A stretch of 63,603 bases of DNA, counting the filler, from Choristocarpus tenellus KU-1152 (lineage: Eukaryota; Protista; Phaeophyceae), in NCBI GenBank assembly GCA_964200185.2. It is 9 parts of 9 records of this genome, joined end to end, with 100 filler letters (N's around TTAATTAATTAA, not from the genome) between each part and the next. Parts side by side here need not be neighbours in the genome. Positions count along the whole stretch, not along the records: positions 53,577 to 60,848 come from CAXNAD020006430.1; positions 60,949 to 63,603 come from CAXNAD020025920.1; 7 more parts are not named here. One strand, given 5' to 3'. Position numbers and translations under genes: made by a program. Shown in pieces: positions 53,477 to 63,603 of the stretch. Within the stretch, counting starts at the first letter, position 1, and every line of letters begins with the position of its first letter. Under the pieces are notes generated by a model, which was not told the origin of the DNA, did no database searches, and worked only from the letters and a program-made list of their open reading frames with translations.

Positions 53477-53739
53477 NNNNNNNNNNNNNNNNNNNNNNNN
53501 NNNNNNNNNNNNNNNNNNNNTTAATTAATTAANNNNNNNNNNNNNNNNNNNNNNNNNNNNNNNNNNNNNNNNNNNNAGGGGGGGGGCAAGATTCACCAGG
53601 GATCAATTTCCTGGAACAAAATTAACAAAATTCAAACCTGTGAACAAGAGCAAAAAAATATGGCATCGGTCCACTTCTACATGGATTTATGTCAACATCC
53701 TATCTCCCTTCAAGTCCTTCAGTACCGAGTTACCAGGGC

Positions 53740-53823
53740 AATAATAACAATAATAATAATAATAATAATAATAAATAATAATAATAATAACAATAATAAA
53801 TAATAATAAAAAATAATAATAAT
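53740..53823. repeat. (AAT)n microsatellite
   Basis: Read directly from the sequence. Confidence 0.95.
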
Positions 53824-54366
53824 TTCGTCTGATAACTAAAGTGACAATTATGATCAATGCACGTACTTGCATAAACATAGAGACAGACAGTATGAAGAGT
53901 TTGATAAGAGCAGCTGACTCTGCTGTTGTGGCTCTCAGTCGAAAAACGAAAGAAATAGAAGATTCCCAGTCACGACGTGGACACTTAAGCCTATGGCAAA
54001 GGCAGTTGGGGAGGAGGGAGGTGGGGGTGTGAGTGGGGAAAAGGTTCATAGTACTCTATAATCTTTGCAGAAAAGGATAACACATTTCCTGCTCCCTCCC
54101 ATTTGCTACACACTCCTTCCACAACAAGTAAGGAAGGCAATAACACTCAGGTGTTAAGGTTTGGAGTGGGTGTAGATTGACTTTCTTGCATTTTCACTAT
54201 GTTACTATAGTTATCAATACTGCGATTAGTATAGTAGAGGATCAGAATTTGGTTAGGGTTAGGGTTTCTTTGCAGCACCGCATTCCTTCAGCTTCTATCT
54301 ATCCATCCATCCATCCACCCACCCATCCGTTTGTCCAGACATACGCACAAAAAGACATCGACTCAC

Positions 54367-56362
54367 TGCAAGTTGACGTGGGTCCTCATGACACAAATGT
54401 ACTGGAAGGCGTGCTCTAGGAAAAGGTCAATTGACACACGGCCGTGCCTATCCCGTGGGAACCGCATGAACGTCCTGGCCGTCAGCAAGGGGCTGGTCCT
54501 AACTTTGTCGGAAACCATCTGCCTCAGTCTCACCACATCTGCGTACTCCATGCCAATAGTATCGAAGCCCACCACGGACCACATACCATCCACAACCACA
54601 CCCCCTCCTTCTCCTCTCCCACCTCCGTCCTCCTCCATCATCTCAACTTCCTCTGCAAATACCCCACCCATAGTTGCATCTCGTTCTGTCATTCCATCTA
54701 TTTCTTCTGGGACATCATTAGCACGTGCTGGGCTATCACCATCTGGACTGCTCCTGCCTTCTCCTCCTCCTTCCCCTCCCCCCAACAAAGAGTCACCCCT
54801 ATCATTGTCATGAAAAACAATGCCAATACCAACTTCTTCATCACTGCTTTCACCAGAAGACGCTTTTGAACCTTGAGTAGACAGAGGGGAGGGGGGTGCT
54901 GTATTAGAGTGTTGCGGTGACACAGACACACCCTGGGAGGGATTGTGCAAACTCCTCTCCATTATTATCTGTAGACATTCTTCCATCTCGGCAAGATCCT
55001 GCTCCAGGTGGGGTAAGGGGCAGACACAAGAAATAAGGAGTGGTAACAGTATGGTCAGAGCAAGTATTCATTTCAAGAGGCAACCGCAAAATAATATCTT
55101 CACAATGTCAATGTCCCTCAAAACAGGTGGATCTGTCCTGCATTGTGCAAGAAGAAAAGTGAAGCCTGGAAGAACTGATAAAGTGTTGTTGGCGACTGAC
55201 CACAAGCTTCTTCACGATCTTTCCTCACTACAAACTCTTTGCCCACCTCCCTGCTCCATGCTCGCTACTTTCACTAACAGCCTGGAGAATTCCATGCGCT
55301 GATCCAATCCTTTCAGTCGCTCATAACGTGCTGGGCTCCAAGGTACAAACACAAAACCATTAAATATTGCCACCCCCACCACCCCCCTGACTATCTCTAC
55401 ATACTTCATTCTGTCTTCCTCACCTCCTCATCCAGGAGTTCGTCTTCAACACTCAAAAGGTGTTCAACCTTGGCATCCCGTTGCAATTTTGCACAAGCCA
55501 ACTCTCTGGTTCTGTGCTCCCCCTAAGGCAGAGGAGAGACCGTGGGACAGGTGTTGAAAATTCCTATGTGCGACGAATCATAAGCTACAGCTGTCATAAA
55601 GCAAAGGGGGATCTGCGACATCTGCGCACATTGTTTCGTCTGTTAATATCTCATTCCTAGGGCTAAACACGTTCAAGCGATAATGTCACTAGTCTTCAGA
55701 TACTAGGTATCTAACCCTTAGTTCACGTCTGTACATCCGGAGGTCGAAAAGCAGGCATCGACCTATGATTCACAATTTTGTTGTACTATATGTGGTAGAC
55801 CCCACTGTCAAGAATTACCCTGAGTGCATGCATCAGGTCTGTAGCAAGCGGCAACACTAACGCGTTTCCTCAAGCGTACATGGTCGAACAAGCTATGACC
55901 TCATGCGAGGGAATTTCTTACCTGTATCGATGGATCAGCTGGCCTCGTGAAGAAGCGCGGAATATGACGCAGTGAGGGTGTTTGAACGAGCTCTCTGTTC
56001 CTCCGTTCCTCGTATATGACCGCCAGGTTGTCTTGGGTTAGCTGTTCTGAGACACGCAACATTCACAGGAGGAATCGGTTTTGGTATTAGCGCCACAGCA
56101 AGACAACCTGACTAGCAAACGTGCGGTGCCGATGATAGTAGGACGTAACTTGACGGCAATTTCACACCGTGAAAAATAGTTCCTCTTTATTAAGGAGAGT
56201 CACGGGGTTCAAAGAAAGTCAACATTTGAAACACCAACATGATTTTTCGCTACCGCAAATTTCCCTTTTGTCACCTACATCAACCTCCGGCATCGAGCCC
56301 TGCGCTACATACGATCTCAAGGTTGGCTCCCATCCCATCGATGGATTGGTGGATCCGTCCAT
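54367..56362 (-). CDS. PPP2R3C: PP2A regulatory subunit B'' gamma (PPP2R3C / TON2-FASS-like), 5' part; 3' exons not found before the contig end
   Basis: Exon 56362-56275 (MGWEPTLRSYVA, cf. MDWKEVLRRRLA), exon 56046-55922 (HIPRFF, cf. IPRFY) and exon 54998-54367 (LTARTFMRFPRDRHGRVSIDLF, cf. FTAKVFAKL...D.YGRISIMQF). Intervening small exon(s) at 55000-55900 are not resolved. Confidence 0.8.
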
Positions 56363-56572
56363 TGGACTTTATCTCTGTTACCCACTCTTCCCAAAAGATG
56401 TGATGAGTGTGGGTATCATACCCCCAACTCATTTCTGACTTAACGATAATACATTATTGGTTGGATTCATATAGAGCCGGTTTGAAGTTTGAAACAAACA
56501 TACATACATACATACTGAGATGTTTCTTTGAAGAGTGGAAATGAGATACAGAACCACCACTTCAGGTTAGAC
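56363..56572. promoter_or_regulatory. Putative bidirectional promoter (210 bp between divergent ATGs)
   Basis: PPP2R3C-like ATG at 56362 (-) and adenylate kinase ATG at 56573 (+). Confidence 0.6.
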
Positions 56573-58191
56573 ATGTCTCGAACACCTTTCCGCTTCATCT
56601 TCTTAGGGGCTCCAGGAGTTGGAAAAGGCACGTTTGCATCCCGGATTGGGCCTGCGTTGGTAAGGAGGGATATCTCGGTGACACAGAAAATTGAGTGTTT
56701 ATTCGTTTTTGTGGATTGATTGTGTGACCTTTTTCCGCCAAAGTATGTTACCCAGAGCTATACAGTAGTAAAGAGTGAGGTTGCCTCGAGCGGATAGATG
56801 AACATTTATTGATGGCTGCTGCATGATACTACGGAAAAAATCGAACAGGGGATCATCACCGTTGGTGTGGGAGACCTTGTTCGAGATGAGATTGGACGGG
56901 GAACAGCTGTTGGCAAAGAGGTGCAGGTGAATTTCAAGAGCGAGAACTTAGAATAGAGGTCAAAAACGGACGCTGGTTTTGACAAGTGTTAATGTTTGGA
57001 TATTCAGTATTGTTCTTTGTCCCTGCATGACTTGGTGAACCCAAGTTTAACGCACCCATCACAGTCGATACCACAAAACGAACTGGAGTACATTGTCGGG
57101 TTGAGCCACGTTAGGTTCCGGTTGTTCGAATCGACTCTGATGGCATACGATGAACTGACAAGGAGTAGTGAGAGGGGCACAGAGGTAAACAATCAGTGTT
57201 TCTGTCAGTTGGTCGTAGTTGCAGAATAGGGCACTGCTAATGGTGGACGCGGATTCTTTTTAAAGTCAGCGTTCGGCGATCAACTGCAGCGAGTAAAAAA
57301 CCCTGACTGACAATCTTTGACAGTCGTTCATCTACCACCGCTGCCTTCACGCACTGACTTTCTTTTAACTATGTTCAGGGGTTTTCAGATCAGGGAAAGC
57401 TGGTTCCAGACGCTGTGATAAACGAGATGGTAATTTTCTTGGCTTTTTTGTGCTTCCCTTTCCTATCTGACCTTGCACTACGGACAACGTCAAAGGTCAA
57501 GCAGTTGGGAGTACCACTGCTGTAGAGGTCTGATTCCCCCCTTTGCATCACTTCCAAAACTTCCATGTCAACACATCCAAAACGTTTCGCATGAGAACGA
57601 GTAAAGAACTGCGAGACCTAGCCAGATTAGTTGCAAATCTTCGCTTTGACTTTGACTTTCATTACCTGCTTTAGTCTCCTGCCTTACTAGTTGTGCTGCA
57701 TACTGCACATTGTTTCCTTCTCCCTCACTTTTTATTGACTCTTTTCATGCGGCTGACGATCAAATGTGCCCTACTTGTTAGCATATTTATCCTTAAAATC
57801 AGTACAAGGATCGCCTTCAGCCCTACTTCTACCTCAAGTTTTTCCTTAGCACGTACAGACAGTGCGATTCCCAGTGTCCTTTTCTTCCATTTTGCTGGAG
57901 CTTCAGTGGAGTGTATAGTACGTAACAAATATCTGAATTGAAATCTTTTCTTCATCAATATTCCTGCACGGTGAGTAACAATGGCAGTTTCATGTGTTGT
58001 TCCGCACGGGATTTGTTTCTGACTCCCCTTGTCTCTAACATGGTCGTGTTGTATTCGCGGATGATTTTTTTTGTGTGCATGCTTGTGATCCGTGTTTTGC
58101 TTTATCCCTATTTGTGCTTAGGTTCATCAGCGCTTGGAGCTCCCAGACGCCAGGAACGGCTTCATTCTTGTGAGATCGTGCTGTCCTCTTT

Positions 58192-58228
<37 letters not shown>

Positions 58229-59438
58229 ATTCCATTGCTTCGTGTTTGTTAGGTTCTCGATTTACAAAGCTCGGACGGACGGACGGACGGTGTCTCTTGC
58301 TATGGGGTGAGGGTTAAGATTTTGGTTAGAGCTGTTGAAGTATTCCACACTGGCCCTGCATTGAAGATGATCAATTGTGTGCTTTGGTAGAAGACAATAT
58401 GTGATACAAAGTGTTTAGAACACAACGCAAATCAGTGGACACCGGTGAGTGAATACATTTTGGTACATTTATCACTGGCTCTCCATCCCATTATCTACTC
58501 CACCAGTGATGTCTGTGTTGTATCAGCATCACAGTCCATGAACAAGACCAACCTCGTATTAATACTGCGATAATATCCTGCATGAAAGGGTTCTGTAGTT
58601 CCATATGTACAGCTTTGATTATTTTTTTTGTCAAATTGGGTAGGACGTGTGCACCAAAAGGGCGAAGTCTTGAGATGAAAAAAACCTAACTAGAATCTTC
58701 CTCTGAAACTGAAGGGCCAAAAGCGGTCAAAGTCTTTCTTAAAAATACGCGCGATCCACTATCTTCTAGACCTGTAAGTGCTTCCTTCATTGTGGCCTTT
58801 TTACTGTATCAGGAGCGCTTCAAGTCGCTCGTGCTGACACTGCCGTGACACCCCCCACCGTGTGAAATACCATACTGTAGCACCCCCTCTACGATGCTCT
58901 TCTTTCTATTGGCCCTATGCCTTCGCTTGACATTTTTCATAAGGGCACATCAATCGAACTACGTATTGAAGCAAGTATGGGCTGGTGGAGTTGTTGAGGA
59001 CAGAATTAAGGAAGGTTCCTGCCAACTAGATGTTAGGTGGATTGGCAGATTGGTACGACATTGTGATTGATATTGCCAATCACGTGCCGTTGACGGTATG
59101 TATTCAGTACCTCATACCGCCATTGTTGTATTTCACTGTAGTAGTCACACCGTTCTGTCGTCCACTCTTACCACTCCTATGTTTGCTTACCTGAACCCGT
59201 GCAGATCAAGTCTCCGTCAGAACCACAAGGGACTTGTAAGATCTCTCAGATACAAGAGAACTCCGTCTTGGGTCGCTGCCCTCACAGAGATTCCGCAACA
59301 CCTCCCCCTCTTGCCACAAGCACTTGACGAATCGACTACTGAAGGGCGCACCTTCCTTTGTCAAATTTGACCCCCTCTCAAACACGCCTGCAGGACGGAT
59401 ACCCTCGGAACTCCTCCCAGGCGGCCTGGCTAGACACG
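56573..59438 (+). CDS. ADK: Adenylate kinase family protein, first five exons (3' part not found)
   Basis: Exons 56573-56659 (FLGAPGVGKGT P-loop), 56849-56926 (GDLVRDEI), 57379-57429 (GKLVPD), 58122-58169 (GFIL) and 59394-59438 (DGYPRN..QA); all GT-AG, phase 0. Confidence 0.93.
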
Positions 59439-59677
59439 GTGAGTGCCGCTCGTTCCTATTTTTTTTTGTATGTTTTAGTTTTTTTTTGGTGTCATCTGTT
59501 CGACATCATTCAAGTAAGAAAAAAGAAAAAAGAGTCCATCTACATTGATTCCGACGAAGTTGCTTGGTTGCTTGCCTCCCGCCGGAATAGCTGGTCATTC
59601 TTAATGCCCTTTACGCCCTGTTCCGGGTGTGAGCAATGTGTATTATGCACATGCCCTCGTGCCTAGAAGTCTCACTT

Positions 59678-59829
59678 CCTTACAGGTGGTTGAACTTACA
59701 GGTGGTTGAACTTACTCGTGGTTGAAGTTACTCGTGGTTGAACTTGCTCGTGGTTGAAGTTACTCGTGGTTGAACTTGCTCGTGGTTGAAGTTACTCGTG
59801 GTTGAACTTGCTCGTGGTTGAACTTACTC
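59678..59829. repeat. 16-bp minisatellite (STTRCTCGTGGTTGAA)x~9
   Basis: Read directly from the sequence; variants alternate in the distal part. Confidence 0.92.
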
Positions 59830-60273
59830 CAGAGAGGACCGTTAGGCCCGTCTGCGGGCGGTTTCCTCCTCGAAAGCATCATTTTGCTGTGATTGATACG
59901 GGTTGTTGTGTATGGATTGTAAGTGGATTATAAGTGTGCAGATCGAGTTGATTTTGAAGTTGGGATTTATCGTTGGACTGATTTGATTCTCACCGCCTTG
60001 TCATCGTCAGAGCAGGGGATGTGATTGGCCATATGGCGAGGATGTGATTCGAATTGATATTTTGATGTACGTACAAACAAACGGTTATTTAGGGTTAGGG
60101 CATGCGGGGGAGATTTGGGATGTTTAGGGTTATAGGGCATTCGACCAGAAGAAATTTGGCGGAATGTTGTAAGAGTCAGAGTGTTTCTGACATGTGCTAG
60201 AGAACTGTTGAATCGTTTGGTATTCTGACTCGTTTGCTGTAAGGTTTGGTGAGCCCCATCTAGTGATGGCGTC

Positions 60274-60308
<35 letters not shown>

Positions 60309-61681
60309 AACTGTGATACAAGCTAATAAACAATAAAAATGACTGGTTGTGTGGGACAACAGATCGTCATGGACGACTTAACAGATACCCTGTATGAGGG
60401 GGTGCAACTGTGTCCTGCTCGCTTGTCCTCGTGGATGTGCCTGCGGTTGGACAAATAAGAAAAAAAGAAAAAGAAAGAGCCGTTGCGTACGTACAATTTT
60501 TATTTCATTTTTAAAAGAGAGACATGCCGGAATTTTTTTTCTTTTTTTTGAAGATGAGGATTCGGGAACGCGGTACAAGTATAAGCGAAGTGTAGACCAA
60601 TAGAATAGCCTGCATTTCGCTTCCGCCCAATCAGAACAATAAACGTCGCTCACGGTGGTGCAAACTCTTTTTTTTTTCAAGTCTTTAGGTACTGATTGAT
60701 GCAACTTAAAAAACAAACAAACTGAGACTCCCACAGAGCACTTCCCGACACCTCCAGAACTTTCCCCCCCCCCCCCCCAAGACCCCTGATCGCTGCTGCC
60801 TAGATGTGGGGGGGGGGGGGGTTGTTGGTGCACCTGCCTGGGCTCAAGNNNNNNNNNNNNNNNNNNNNNNNNNNNNNNNNNNNNNNNNNNNNTTAATTAA
60901 TTAANNNNNNNNNNNNNNNNNNNNNNNNNNNNNNNNNNNNNNNNNNNNGAGAAGAGCGGAGCAGAGGGGGGGGGGGGGGGGGGGGGATCGAGGGGACGGT
61001 GAGCAGTGAAAATGAAACGCTTGCATCTTGCGAACTAAGAGCATTGTTTGTGGACAGTGCCTTACCTACATTGCCTATGTGGGGAAGATAGTGGCTGTTA
61101 TTGTGATCTTTAGGAATGTGATTACATGAATTCGGTTGAATTGAAAACATCAGCGTGCTGAAATCCTACAGGAGAGGAGAAATTAAGTCTCCCGCCCCCA
61201 GCCCCCCCCAAAAGATCTATTGTAAAGGTCTAAAATGACCTGTAGTGACAACCCCACTTCACTATTTTCAAGAGTCCAACCAAAGATTGAACGGGGACGG
61301 AGGATAACAACCCCCTCTGCCCCATAGCACCCTGGAGTGAAAAAAGACTCCGGGCTGGGTTGACTTGGTTCACTGATATGCCCCACACTTGAGCATGAGG
61401 TCACATGAACTGAACACCGGGGACAGGGAAGACATTTTGTATCAAACCAACCTTCTGCCACAAACTTCCTTGCTACAACATGAATCTCCCACTTGGGTTG
61501 CCCCCCCGAGGGAGTATTGGAATACTATTGAAAGGGGCAGTAGGAATTTTGGGGAAATTGTAGTAGGGGGGGGGGGGGGGGGGGGAGGTTGCGGTAGAAG
61601 GGGAGGGGNNNNNNNNNNTGGTCGGGCGCCCAGAAGGGGGGAAAGAGAAAAGAGGAGAAAGGAGGAAGGGGTAGGAGGGGG

Positions 61682-61713
<32 letters not shown>

Positions 61714-62028
61714 ATTCTGTGTTGAAGGAGGCAGAGGGGAGGGTGGTTGAGTGGGAACAGAGCAGTTTCATGAATAAGGGTCATCGTATTGATCCTCTCG
61801 TGTTAATAGAGTAGACGTGTTAGGTTTACTACACATTGCTTGTTGGGGTGTGCTTGAGCGGGGGGGTGTCTGTTTCTAGAGACCAGAACAGTGGACTTTT
61901 TTAGTGATTGGCATTGTCTTTCCCGGCTGTGCCAGTCACAGGTGGAAATCCTTAGTGTGTATAGGTGCTTCTTTTGTTGCATAGCAGTAAGACAACAGTT
62001 CGACCTTGCCACTTGCTAAACACTAACC

Positions 62029-62084
<56 letters not shown>

Positions 62085-62377
62085 GTAATTTTCAAATAGG
62101 TTGTACCAAGTCCTTTTTTACTTGTCTGAAATGACTGCATTATTTTTTTCGATTTTTCTCTCCAAAATATTCACTTGCATGATGTAATTGACTTATCTGG
62201 GGGTCGATGTGTTTGGTTAATTCGACCAGAACCAATGCCATCTGTTGTCCTGCAAGAAAATGTAACAGCCCGTTGCCCCCAATGGTACGTATTTGTTGGC
62301 CCTCAACCTGGTGTTAATAGTAATCCCTCCACCAACCCCCCACCTCCCACCCCATCCCACTTCCAAATGCCTTCCAG

Positions 62378-63293
62378 ATGCAGGTCGCAAGGACTTTACT
62401 CAACGTTATACCCTGGAGAGTATCTCAGAACGTGGGCTGGGCCATGGGGACAAGCCAGACTGGGCTACTGTGAAGACTACCATATCGTTCATCAAGTGAG
62501 TCAAGAGCTCACACTATATATATATATGTATACGTCATTGAGTAGGAGGAATCCTAGGTTGTGTTGGGATGGGGGAGGGGGAGACAAAGATTGCACTAGT
62601 TGAAATGATTAATCCTCTGATTACTTTTTTTTTGGGGGGGGGGGGTTGCTGACCTCTATCGATCTTGCACAGTTGATTTGCTTGGTGAGCTTTAATGCTG
62701 TCTCCTTTTTTTTTCATAACTAAAAAATATATAGGTTAGACAGTGACAAGCCGCCCTGGTACACTGCCTGTCCTTCAGAGGGGTGCAATAAGAAGGTACA
62801 GTCAGGTGTTGGACTAGTCACAATGCTCCAGCAAAAAATCATCTCTGCAATTGAGAGAGTTTGATTTGTGTTTTCTGTCTCATCTTTGCCTGGTGTTGTC
62901 ATGCTGCCCAGGAATCTCTCCTTGGGGGGGGGGGGGGGGGAGGTTTTCCCGGGGGGACGGGGGGTTGGGGTGTTGGGGAGTTTAATAATTGACACGGGGC
63001 ATTTTTTGTACTAGAAGTTTACCAGGTGGTACTGGTGATTGTGGTTTATGGACTGTTAATAATATACAGCAGGCATTTTTTGTACTCTTCTCAATTAGCC
63101 AAAATTTTGGAGCATGCTTGAAGCATTTGTCATGCAACCCTTGAACTGTCTCACTCACTCTTCCCCCTCCCCCCGTCCCACTTGTTCTTACTGTTTTGAT
63201 GAATGATAATTTAAAAAAAAAGGTGACAGAGACCATGGAGGGTGGCTGGCAGTGTGAAAAGTGTAACCGGACATACCCCGAGTGTCGCCGCAG
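62378..63293 (+). CDS. RPA1: Replication protein A 70-kDa subunit, three internal exons of the C-terminal zinc-binding OB domain
   Basis: Exons 62378-62495 (GLGHGDKPDWATVKTTISFIK), 62735-62795 (PWYTACPSEGCNKK) and 63223-63293 (VTE..EGGWQCEKCNRTYPEC). Phases are compatible and the C4 zinc motif is complete. Confidence 0.92.
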
Positions 63294-63603
63294 GTTTGTG
63301 TTAGTATCATTGGCAGCTTGAGGTCGTTAACTGTCTCCACAGATCCATCACGGAAAGATTGCTCCAAAACTCCTGTCCCACCATAACTGTAGAGCCAGTG
63401 TGGATGGCTGTGGAGTGTTACTGTGTTGGATGGTGTGTGCACTGCGAGGATAGGGATGGCGGGGACTATGGTAGTGCTTTGGGACAATGCAACAACACCT
63501 TCCATCACGAATCCTCAACCACCCCCACTTGGCCCCCCACCCCTCGATCCGCTCCATTATACAAGTGTGTTGTATCTGATGTTGAAGCAATATAGCCCTA
63601 ACC

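Noticed and set aside
53168-53532. Three ~116-aa ORFs (HTLSTHSIYTLY repeats)
   Set aside because: They are translations of a stop-free 13-bp minisatellite.
60740-61720. Poly-G tracts and Gly/Pro-rich ORFs
   Set aside because: Low-complexity sequence with Ns near contig ends; tract lengths are unreliable and there is no protein signal.
63595-63603. Chromosome end (CCCTAACC at the window edge)
   Set aside because: It is too short, has the wrong orientation for a right telomere, and lies in a probable RPA1 intron like the other interstitial tracts.

Overview
Eukaryotic nuclear DNA from a draft assembly. Nine contigs are joined by an artificial 100-nt linker (N44-TTAATTAATTAA-N44), so adjacency across linkers is not biological evidence. 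GT-AG introns, intronic TTAGGG/CCCTAA tracts, an EsV-1-type ankyrin gene and a proteasome beta3 with a signal-peptide-like leader suggest an ochrophyte, probably a brown alga (inference). Spliced genes I reconstructed by hand: a single-pass surface protein (14914-21686, +), proteasome beta3 (34082-35572, +), the 3' part of presequence protease PreP (44447-52377, -), a PP2A B''gamma/TON2-like gene (54367-56362, -) head-to-head with an adenylate kinase (56573-59438, +), and three RPA1 exons (62378-63293, +). The rest is MITEs sharing an AAAGTATCT terminal motif, a deleted pogo/Tigger remnant, retroelement debris and satellites. The most unusual region is the first 5 kb: a ~17-unit, ~80-bp palindrome-rich tandem array and a 232-bp tandem repeat lie upstream of an intronless 513-aa ORF with a ParB/Srx-like NGQHR motif. 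This may be a protein-plus-binding-array module of a large mobile element or endogenous virus. All family assignments come from motif recognition by eye; no database search was run.
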